NCBI RefSeq assembly: GCF_009914755.1
Contig: NC_060927.1
Source of the DNA: the human T2T-CHM13v2.0 reference genome, Homo sapiens
Length of the DNA: 64,000 nt
Direction: 5' to 3' (one strand)
Below are positions 17,542 to 28,061 of the stretch, piece by piece. The notes beneath the pieces are model-generated. The model had not been told where the DNA came from and did no database searches. It saw nothing but the letters and a program-made list of their open reading frames with translations. Each line of letters begins with the position of its first letter. The first letter of the stretch is position 1. The translations under genes were made by a program, and so were the position numbers.

Positions 17542-20500
17542 TAAACATTTTACTAAAGGAGGGAGAAAACATTATTTTGAAAGTTGGATGCATTTTCAGG
17601 TGGTTGTGTTAGGAATGGCGAGGTTCTTCCAGGGAAGAGAATTACTTTTTCCTTCAGGACCATGCATCGATGGATAACTAGAGGTGATGCTGCCCCCTGC
17701 CGGACATGGTCGGGGGAGACAGGGAGTGAGGGAAGTTGTCATGGAGTAAGAAACAATTTTCCCCTGAAGTGCTGGGGGAAGAAATGACTGGGCGGGGGTG
17801 CAGATGGGCATACAGTGACCCAGGCATTACATCAGCTGGAGCAGTGAGTGGGATTTGAGAATTCAATTAGGGAAGGAATTCAGAGTCACAGTGGGCTTCA
17901 AATCTCCTTCTTATCACATACTAGTTATTTCTCAAACAGTTGGAGTAAGAGCTAAATTTTCTGTTATTTGTGACGGGTGCCTGAGCCGTTTGGGAAAAGG
18001 TGACCCTAGAAGGCCAGAGGAATTGGGAATGCCTGGGTTGCCTGTGGAGAGTTGAGTAACAGTCTCCATGTGCTGGGCACCTGAAGAAATTACTCCTGAA
18101 GGTTAATCCTAAAGTGTTTCACTTCATTATTTCCCATGGGAGGAGAAACTCTAGCTGAACTTCGCGACCTATGTAGGACTTGGGGAAGGGCTTAGCAGAC
18201 GTTTAGGGTCTTTGCAATGAATCTGACCCTATAAGTCAGCTGCAGCTTCTCATTGGTCTATACATACCTGTCTGGGTAAAGGGCTCCTTTGAATATATCT
18301 GATCATCTCCTTTTGAAAATTCAGCAATTTCTCTCCTAGGAGACTGCTACTCATCCTACCTTTCTGAATACCCATTACTCCTTCTTCCTGCAGCTTGAAG
18401 GCAGGTCCACGCCTCCTCCTGGAAGCCTTCCCTTGACTGACTCCTCGCTGAGTTCACAGGTATCTCATCCGTGCCCGACGTTGTGCCCCCTTCCATGAGG
18501 TGAAGCGCTCTCAAAATGAGAGCTTTAGGTCCTGAGTTTAGAATGCCTGTTTCTTCATGGATGTCCTTGGCTCTTTAAACTCATTGTGTCTCAGACCCAT
18601 GAGATGATCTCCCTCCTTCTCATCTACTTCGACCTCTGATTAGCTGATGGCATGACTGTGTTCCCAGTCACATGGGCTAGACACTTCACCTGCCTCATTG
18701 CCTGTGTCCTGGCTCTATTATGTCTTCCAATTCTGCAATGCAGATAGGATGAGGGCTCTCGGGGGTAATGCAATTCACTGTGTATCTGCTTAGGTATCAG
18801 TCATTCCCAAGCCCTCATCTTTGGCCAGATGAAATGCCTCTGCCCATGAAGTTTCACCTTGTTCTCTAGCCCAACATATTGCCCTCTCTTCTGTGGACTT
18901 TTCATGCCATTGCACCAGCACATTCTCATGTTGCAGAGCATGCTGGCCTTGTATGACACTCACTGATGTCTGTGGACATTCCTCTACCTACAAGGTGAGC
19001 TCATTGTGAGCAGGATGTTTATCTGCTCTACCCACTTCCTCATCTCAGTGACTTGTACTTATTTGGTCTCAGTAAATGAAGTTTTTCTGGCCATTAGCAC
19101 ATTATGTGCATTCTAATCACTTACTTGCCTGTATCTCCCACTGGTGGATAAGTTTCTTGAGGACTGGACTCAGCATGATTTAGCTTTGTGTCCAGTATGT
19201 GAACTGAGCACTGTGCCAGGCAAAACCAAAGTGTATAGTAAATGTTAAATTAAATGGGTGAAGGTAACTTCATTTATTATTTAGTATTTATTACACCTTA
19301 AATAACTCTAACATTAAAAGTTTAGTGTTAAAAAAATGAAAGATTTGCCAAAAGCAGATGAGCCTATAAGGGAAATGGACAAGGAGAGACTAGAGATAGA
19401 GGAGGAGATCTAGGAGAATGTGGTGTCACAGGAAAGGAAAGACTTTAGATGGAGAGAGACCAAATATGAAGGCAATTGGTTTAGCAGCATGGAGGTCTCT
19501 GGGGAGCTATGTAGAGTCATTTTTCCTTGGGAGGAAAGGGCCAGGAGCCACAGTGGGGTGCACTGATGAGTGAGTGAGTGGAAGATGTAAAGATGGAGGG
19601 AAAAAATATTAATACCTTTTCAAGAACTTTACCTATACAAAAGAGGAGGGTAATAGGGAAGCAAAAAGACACGGGAGCAGGATCCAGAGAGGATTTTCTT
19701 TTAAAATGGGGCATCATGAGTATGTTAAAAGCTGACAGAATGGGGAAAACTTTCTGGGAAAAATACAAAACCTTTAATAAGATCTAAGATACTTAATTAC
19801 ATAAAACTATTTTTGCATGATAAAATCAAGTGAAACATTGGGAAAGAATATTTTTAACATACATAACAGATGTGACACACAATTTTGATGATCACAAACA
19901 GAGGTGCAAAAACAACGTATTTGTAACTGCATTCTACCTGCTTCTCAGCTGTCATTTCTATTTGTAGTAGAAGACAACCACACCAACAGACAAAAAAATT
20001 AAAATATCCCCTCAAAGTTATTTAGTTATTGTTCTGTACTCATCCTTAAAAACCCAGATTATAGGTTCTGTCTTCAAGGAATCCATCCTTTTTCCATGCT
20101 TTGTACACACTTGTATTGGCCAACATAACAGTGTTTTGTAATTACATACTGCACATATGCATCTCCAACCTGACCCTGAGTTTGTTGAGAGCAGAGACAT
20201 TCTCAGTATCCAGTTTATGCCCATTAACTAAGTTGATTCCTGTTGATTGATAGTCACGTAAGTCCCCTGTGGGCTTCGGTGTTTTGCAGTGTTAGGTAGG
20301 ACTATTTCTGCATCTGTCACATTCCTAGAAGGACTGTTTTCAGTCTCCAGCAAGCTCCCCTGTTGCCCCTTCTGAGTCGGAACCCACCTTCTCCAAATAT
20401 AACTATGCTCTGATTTCTAGCACCATCGATTAGTTTTGCCTGTTCTTGAACCTCCTGTACACACAGCTTGTTTTCTTGTGTCTGACTTCTTTTGTTCAAT

Positions 20501-20996
20501 GGTATGTCTGTGAGATCAAAATGTGTTGATGTATGTCAGCAGGTCAGCAGTTTGTTCTTTTTCCTTGTGTAGTATTTTATTGCATGAATGATGATTGTTT
20601 TAATAATAAATAATAATAAATTTTTTATTTTGCTTTTTAGAGAAAAGGCTTTTCCTAACTCTAGAATATTATTTAGTCAAGGATATGTTTGGTTTTAAAT
20701 GTTTTCCTATCTTACATGGGTCTCTAAAACATAAGGAAAACAAGAGCCCATGTTTCTTTTTCTCCTTAAAAACACGATTTTTAAAAATACACAAATGAAA
20801 ATTAATGAACTGTTAGTTGAGTTCCTTTCCACAGAGTTGGGGGGAAGTTGGTCTTCCAGGGTGTTGCTCTGTAGGGCCCCCCTGAATGTTACCTTGGATT
20901 ATGGGAGTAGCAGGGGGCTTCCAGAGTAGAGGGCTCCCTTTCCTGATGTGCGTTTATGTCTCCTCCTGTCTCCTTGCATCGGCGATTTCCAGTGAG

Positions 20997-21202
20997 ATGA
21001 GTCAGAAACCGGCCAAGGAGGGTCCCAGACTCTCCAAAAACCAGAAGTACTCCGAACACTTCAGCATACACTGCTGCCCGCCGTTCACCTTCCTCAATTC
21101 CAAGAAGGAGATAGTGGATCGGAAATACAGCATCTGTAAGAGCGGCTGCTTCTACCAGAAGAAAGAGGAGGACTGGATCTGCTGCGCCTGCCAGAAGACC
21201 AG
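20997..21202 (+). CDS. MOBP: MOBP common first coding exon (exon 20993-21202; codons 1-68 plus AG), Cys-rich FYVE_2/rabphilin-like N-terminal domain
   Basis: Acceptor tttccAG at 20991-92, ATG at 20997, donor AG|GTAAGC at 21203. Translates MSQKPAKEGPRLSKNQKYSEHFSIHCCPPFTFLNSKKEIVDRKYSICKSGCFYQKKEEDWICCACQKTR, recognised as the human MOBP N-terminus. Confidence 0.98.
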
Positions 21203-21389
21203 GTAAGCGGCCGCCCAGCCCCGCGGCACCAGTTGGGCACAGCGCGTGGTCTCGGCTCCCAGCACGCCCCTCCCGCTCCGCACCCCACTCTTCCCCCTAG
21301 TCGGCTCCGGGTTAGGCTCCGACACCGGAAGGCACTCCAGGGAGACTGGAAGGTGGGTGGGGGAGCAGGGCCTTCCTACCTGTTTCCAG

Positions 21390-21461
21390 CTCCTGCCAGC
21401 GTCGCTTAAGCAGCAGAGGAGAGCCCTGGCTCCCGCCTCCAGCTTCTTTTGGCCCTCTCAG
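21390..21461 (+). CDS. MOBP: MOBP alternative upstream 3' splice-site extension (+72 nt, +24 aa)
   Basis: Acceptor tgtttccAG at 21388-89; the 72 nt are open in frame (SSCQRRLSSRGEPWLPPPASFGPLR). Gives 207 aa, or 206 aa if the 21803/04 donor is used, consistent with a 206-aa isoform as I recall it. Confidence 0.7.
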
Positions 21462-21807
21462 AACCAGCCGCCGTGCCAAGTCCCCTCAGAGGCCCAAGCA
21501 ACAGCCAGCTGCGCCCCCCGCGGTGGTCAGAGCGCCAGCCAAGCCACGGTCCCCTCCGAGGTCTGAGCGTCAGCCACGGTCCCCTCCGAGGTCTGAGCGT
21601 CAGCCACGGTCCCCTCCGAGGTCTGAGCGTCAGCCACGGTCCCCTCCGAGGTCTGAGCGTCAGCCACGTCCCCGCCCAGAGGTCCGACCACCGCCAGCCA
21701 AGCAGCGTCCCCCTCAGAAGTCCAAGCAACAGCCGCGCAGCAGCCCCCTCAGAGGGCCAGGCGCCAGCCGTGGGGGGTCCCCCGTCAAAGCTTCTAGGTT
21801 CTGGTAA
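21462..21807 (+). CDS. MOBP: MOBP Pro/Arg-rich coding exon (183-aa isoform)
   Basis: Acceptor ctctcAG at 21460-61. The phase-2 join AG|A gives R-TSRRAKSPQRPKQQPAAPPAVVRAPAK(PRSPPRSERQ)x4...GGSPVKASRFW, with TAA at 21805-07. 206+346 nt = 183 aa plus stop. Confidence 0.96.
21542..21668 (+). repeat. Coding minisatellite, 30-bp unit x ~4.2
   Basis: cagccacggtcccctccgaggtctgagcgt at 21571, 21601 and 21631, plus 21541 (first base a) and a partial copy at 21661. Confidence 0.98.
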
Positions 21808-21932
21808 CACCATCTCTTCCCTTTTGTTCCCCAGCCCTAAGGTTAGTAGTTGCTTCCTGTGTTTACTAACACCGGGCTGTCTCCATGGCCCTCTTCAGCC
21901 TTATTACCCAACCTGTGTAATCAGCTCCCTCC

Positions 21933-21980
21933 ATTAAATCCCCTCTGTTTGAAATACCTAGTGTGGCTTCTGGTTTCCTC
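21933..21980 (+). terminator. Proximal poly(A) signal for the 183-aa isoform
   Basis: ATTAAA at 21933-38 with GT-rich gtgtggcttctggtttcc downstream; an alternative AATAAA sits at 22093-98. Confidence 0.55.
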
Positions 21981-22590
21981 CTAGGTGCTATTGGTGCATA
22001 CTTCAGGTGGCTGTGGCCATTGCTTCCGTTGTCTAATAGGACTGGAAGTTGTTAATCTATCAATTGAGATTATTGACCATGGTAACAGATTGAATAAATG
22101 AGTTCCTCAATGCCTATGCCTCAGGGAGATAACGAATGGTGACTCTAATCAATATCCGTATAAGTAAAAGGAGAGGGTAATCCATTGGACCCATCCATCT
22201 TCCCAACACACTTCATCTGATGTCAATCTCACTGGCAATACCATTCATTCATTCACTCATTCACTTACTCAACAAATCCTATTGCATACCTGTAAAGTTC
22301 CATTTGATGTGCTGGGGGAAGGGAATATGGCAGTGAGGAAGCCGTGTTGTTTGAGATTTACCAGGACCAAATAAGAGAACAGGTGTCATCGTGTAGGGAT
22401 CAGTGCCCTAATGTTTTCATAATATGCATGTACATGGGACCATGAGAACCATAAGCAGGGAGTTATTGGCTCTGTAGGCTATTTTTTTTTTTTTTTTGAG
22501 CAGTTTTAGGTTCACAGCAAAATTAAGGGGAAGGTACAGAGATTTCCTCTATATTCTTGCCCCAGTACACACATGCCTGGCCAATTTTTT

Positions 22591-22621
<31 letters not shown>

Positions 22622-25301
22622 TACTGTTCTGAAGGTATATCAGCATGCCAACTTTTTAGACCTTTTACTATTTGGAACTGAATCTGTTTATAAGTTAGTA
22701 GTGGGTGTTAATTGTATTTGAGATTCTCATATCTACTCTGATACCCAGCACTTGTGTAGCATCTACTATGTGTAGGTATCACATGATGTTTACTGATTTA
22801 GTAGGAAGAAGAGTCAATGGGGAAGAATGTTAAAGATGCCCCTAGAAAATGTGATTTTTGGGTCACCACTAAGGCCTGGGTACGTGCCTTTTTAGTAAGC
22901 ATTCACCCCCCAGAGGTACAGTTAGGTAGACAGTATGCAGACTACACAATGAGCAATGCTGACCTAAACAATCCATAAATGAATAATCCAGATTATTTGT
23001 GATGTGAGGTAAAGAAATGTGGAGAGTGATAAATTTGTGGTACCAAAAGTGAAAGCATTAAAAAGGCACAAGATTAGGCAAGTTTAATTTGTGAAGGAAG
23101 TAACTAGTCACTAAAACTTTAATAGCAAGTTGTATGACAGGTTACCTAGTCATTAACTGAGTCCCTCTTAAGGAGCCTGAGTAGAAGGGTCCTAGGACAG
23201 GTAAGTATTGATATATGGAAATAGTTAGAAAATGTATGAAACAGAGGAAATTAATTGTATAAAAGGCATGCCACCTATAGTGGTGGCTTTGGGTGGCTGG
23301 AGTTCAATCAGGACATGGAAAGGAGTTAGAAGACAATGAAAGCAAACTTCACCATACCCACAGATTTGTCTGGACCTAACCTTGATCAGTGTATTCACCT
23401 AAATTCAGGAGATACCCTAGTGTTGGTGTGCTTTGACTCTGTCAGTTAACTAATTTCAGTGGGTATCAGAGAAGGTGCCTCCACAGGCCGTTATTACCTC
23501 CTCAGCCATTGTCCCTTACCTGGGAACAGAGGATCTGAAAGTCTTCATTCGTAATGTCCCATGACTTCACTTATGCACTGTCTTGAGTCCTATTTGAGAT
23601 ATTCATTTTTCCTTCTTAGATTCCCAAAGGTCTTCAGGTAATATATTGGAGCCACTTCTTCATCATATTGTCTATTCCTTTTATTGATACTGATTGACTA
23701 TTTTGAATCAAAGGAGTGGGAGGCAGGTTGATGTGATGGGAAATATTTGCTCTTAAGCAGAGCTACTAACTTGCACATGAAGAAAGGGTAAAAAAGATTT
23801 TCTGAAGCTAACTTGCTTTCTGAAACAGTGCTATTTCTGAGGTATTGCTTTTAGAGGTTAAATAATTTTGGCAAAGGCCTAATTGGATTCTTAATAACTC
23901 CCTTGGATAGGTCTTCTCAAAAACCAGAGAATGATTTAATCTTAGAAACTGATTGTACGATTTCCAGCATCCTGATTAAACATGGTAGCATTCATAATAT
24001 TTGATAGGAGGAAACCGTGGCATCTCCCTCTTAGTTTATTCTGTCCTCTCAGTTCTAAGATTTTAGGATTTCACAAGGTTGTCCTTGCCTTTGGGTTTAA
24101 CAGGTATGTCCTGGGCCTCTTTTGGTTTCAGTGTTCTGCTTTTGGGAGCTGGGGATCTGTGGTTCTTTGAAAACCACCATGGCTGTGGGTGGTTAATTTG
24201 GAGTCAATCAGTCACATATATTGGGAAGTGCTGTGTGTGCCTTTGACTCATTTTTTTCTGCACAGCATGTTTTATATTATTAAATTGAGCCCTGCACACA
24301 AGCAGCCTGGAAGACTATGATTTTCCAGGTAACAGCAGAGCTAGAGAAAAGGCCTGAGCTCTTTGCTTTCTGTTCAGGCTCTTGTTCTGCCTGTGTCTCA
24401 GGTTGCATTATTGCTTTTATTAGTTTGGGTGACTGAACTCTTGAATTTTGCCCTATCTGTGGCATATACTCTTTCCTATCTGGGAGCAGTCCTTTATACA
24501 TCCTGGTGGTCCCTATAGCACAATGCTTATGCAGAACAGATGCTTTTGCAGAGGCCTAGGTTAGCCAGAGAGGCTTCCAGTCCTGGGAGCTGTGTGTTGT
24601 TTTGGAGTGTGACAGCCTCTGCCTGGTCACAGGTCCTTACCTGGTCCAGACCACATGGTTAACTACGCCTTCTCTGATAGCCTTAACCCAATTGTCTCTC
24701 ATTCTCCTTCAACACTCGTTTTATAAATCCCTGATTCTAGATCAAGCTCACAACCTGCCTGCATTGGTTTTCCAGCTGCTGAGGATGGTCATGTGTGCAT
24801 AGAGCTGCTGAGTGCAGTTTGGGAAAAGCTTTATAGCCTGGTGGGTTGGTGCCACCACAAATGGATGAACCCCAGCCACTCCCCAGACTGTCCTGGCTCC
24901 ACCAGCCCCCACACGTTCATCAGAATATGCATCTGTCTTTAAATCCTTCCCCTCAGCCTCAGAGGTTGAAGCATTCATTCGCTGATGAGGCCAGTCCCCC
25001 ACCCCTCCCTGTGATCTTCCAACCTCTTATCTCCTTTGAGGTCTTGCTGTACAACTTAGCAACCCCCCTAACCACTTCAGCCTTTGTATCTTGTCTCTTT
25101 CTCATTAGCATTTTGACGTGTTTTGCTCTCTCATATTGACTGTTTGTTCACGTCTGGCCCTATCCTTTTTTCTCTCTACCTTAGACAAATTTTAAAAAGA
25201 ATAGTGTAAACTCGTCATCTTTACTTCCTCAAATCCCATTTGCTCTTCAATTCATTGTGTTCTAATTTCTTCCCTTAGCACCCCCGCCCCTGGAATTCCC
25301 C

Positions 25302-25770
25302 TTGTGCAGATTCCTCCAGAAGTAACAATGCAAGGGCAAGAAGTTTATTTGGGAGGTGAAGGGGACACTGGAGGAATGTGGGAAGCAAGATAAGGAAGGG
25401 AAAGAGCCAATTAAAAAAAAGCATTATCTAACCAATTCTCACCGTGGGTTCCTGGGACTTAGTCCTGCCGAGGACCTCTGGGGAACAGTGTAGACATGTG
25501 CGTCAGTTATCTTACCAGAGGGGTGGAGGAACTGGGATATTTATACACCAGTTCTCGTCAGTCATTAGTCAGCCAACGCTGCTTCAAGGATGGGGGCATT
25601 CATTCTTTGACACGTCTAGCTTGTTAAGGAGATGGCAAAGTGGACTGCAGCAGCAAGATAAAAGCCCTCAGGAAAAGAAAGGCAAGTGCTGGCACCTGGA
25701 AGTGGGGCTGAGCACAAGAGTGGTAAGGGCAAGGGGTTATGGGCAAGGCACCAGTAGTGTTTGCTCTAAT
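25302..25770 (-). mobile_element. ERVL LTR (LTR16/LTR33-like)
   Basis: aagtttatttgggaggtga...gggaagcaagataaggaagggaaagagccaat...ggagctgggatatttatacacca-like motifs. Confidence 0.55.
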
Positions 25771-27030
25771 GGTTACCTGTGGCCTTCATGCTGCTTTTCC
25801 TAATGAGTGCTGAACCCAATCCGTATATCAGTGGTGCTTTCTGTTGGATTTGTTGGGCTGTTCTCTCATTCAGTCTTTAAACTCTCTGTTCTCTTGGTTT
25901 CTGTGACTCTCTTCTTCCTTTTCTCTGCAGGAACTTTCCTTCTTCATCTTCTTGTGAGTGCTTCCTTTTCTGCCAATTGCTCAACCTTGAGGTCCCCTAG
26001 GGTTCCCTACTGAGCTCTCTGCTTATATGATTTTGCCTTCTCTTGTGGTTTTAATTATGACTCACGTGTGATGACTTCTAAACCTTAATTCATCATTGAC
26101 ATTAATATGTGAGCCTATTCACTCAGCAGATCAATTTGATGTTGGAAAACCTAATCTGTCTACACTTGATTTCTTTCCTACAAAACTTGTTCTTCTTTTT
26201 GTTTGCTATCTCAGCAAATAACACAGCTGTCCAACTAATCCCCCAAGTTGGAAACCTAAGCACATTGTAACTTCCAATTTTCCCCTGCATATAAATGCTG
26301 GCCAATTTGACTTTCTGATGGGAAGGGGTGCAGGATTGAGATCAAGCTAGAAACAAAGTAGAGGGAATGGAGGTAGTTGATAAAATAAGTCTCCTCCATA
26401 GCACATATGGAGGGATTGGCCTTTGATGGGAACAAGAAAAGCTGTTAGATTGTGCAAAGTAGAGAGAGACCCATTAATAGGCATTAAGATAGAGGTCATG
26501 CCCGAGAATGAGCGAGCTAGAAGTTTGAGAAGGTTAGGGTACACCTGGAATGTTAGAGACCAGGCTTCTAGGCAGTAGTTAGGGCTGGCTGAGCTGAGCT
26601 CAACAGAGCTGTATATAAATCATTTGTTCTTAAGGAGCTCCTTCTCCAATGAAAGGAAACAGATTGCCACCTCTGAAATTATCAGTGGAATCACACAACT
26701 CCACATCCACACTCTGCTTCTCTTCCAACTTGTTTGCCAAATGCCCTCACAGCAACTGTTCTTAAACTTTACCATGTGCCTCCAGTGTTCTGACTCCTCC
26801 ATTTTTATCTCCATCTATCAGACTCCACTTTCCTCGCTTTCCAAATTAGAAATGATATCCCAACATTTTAATGTCGTTCACAAATACCCTAGAATCCCCT
26901 GCCTTCTGAATATTTGTCTTACACCCCTGGGAAAACCCCAGCCTTTGATGAACCCAGCTAACTGGCTTCACCATGTTTGTTTTTGGGCAGCTAAGCATCA
27001 CTGGAGAACAGCACACAGCAGGACGATAGT
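25770..27030 (+). mobile_element. L2 fragments
   Basis: cttctcttgtggttttaattatgactc...gatgacttc; ctgggaaaaccccagcctttgatgaac. Confidence 0.5.
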
Positions 27031-27465
27031 AGCTGGGTATAAGCAGAATTGTGTTTATCCTATCACTAAGCAGTTTCCTTTGGGCAGTTATAGTTCAATT
27101 GCATGCATTCAGACAAAAAAGGAAGCATGTACCTCAAAAGTGTCATGTATGCATGTGTAGTTTATATGCTCACACACATACTTCATATGTATCAGGCTTA
27201 CTGAAGTATAATTTACATGTGGTAAAATTAAACTCTTTTGGCATACATTTCTACGCACATAGTCCTGTGACTACTGCCACAAGTAAGATATAGAATATTT
27301 TCATTACCCTTCAAAATTTCCTTATATTTCACCTATGCAGTCAACTCCCCAGCCCATAGTAACCACTGACCTATCTTCTGTCCCTAACTTTTGCCTTTTC
27401 TAAGATTCCATATAAGTGGAATTATGTAATATTATAGCCTTTTGAGCCTGGCTTCTTTTACTTAA

Positions 27466-27788
<323 letters not shown>

Positions 27789-27887
27789 CCAACATTTTAA
27801 TCTCTTTCACAAATACCCTAGAATCCCTTGCCTTCTGAATATCTGTCTTATACCCCTGGGAAAACCCCAGCCTTGGATGAACACAAC

Positions 27888-28061
27888 TATATATACAGGC
27901 ATCCCTATACAGTATATATGTATATAGTATATATACATATGCATCCATATAGTCTCTCTCTATATATGTGTATGTTTATATGTATGTGCATATATGTATA
28001 TACATACGTGCACATATGTGTGTGAGAGTGTTTGTGTGTGTGTGTGTATATATATATATAT
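27888..28061. repeat. Compound (TA)n/(TG)n low-complexity repeat
   Basis: Direct inspection. Confidence 0.85.

Larger units (their letters stand above)
21040..21790. promoter_or_regulatory. Intragenic CpG-rich island over the MOBP coding exons and short intron
   Basis: High GC and many retained CpGs compared with CpG-depleted flanks. Confidence 0.7.

Noticed and set aside
20886-20996. N-terminal extension of the 106-aa ORF (MLPWIMGVAGG...)
   Set aside because: Lies upstream of the splice acceptor at 20991-92 and includes the pyrimidine tract, so it is intronic. The true start is ATG 20997.
21542-21668. 30-bp direct repeats superficially like a CRISPR array
   Set aside because: Head-to-tail with no spacers, coding, and in eukaryotic DNA.
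21406-21937. Overlapping 135-aa (-) and 162-aa (+) ORFs across the MOBP repeat exon
   Set aside because: Shadow frames kept open by the GC-rich 30-bp repeat; no independent start context or homology.
26624-27160. Longest ORF in the track (178 aa)
   Set aside because: Lies in L2-like sequence, has a non-ATG start and no recognisable domain or splice context.
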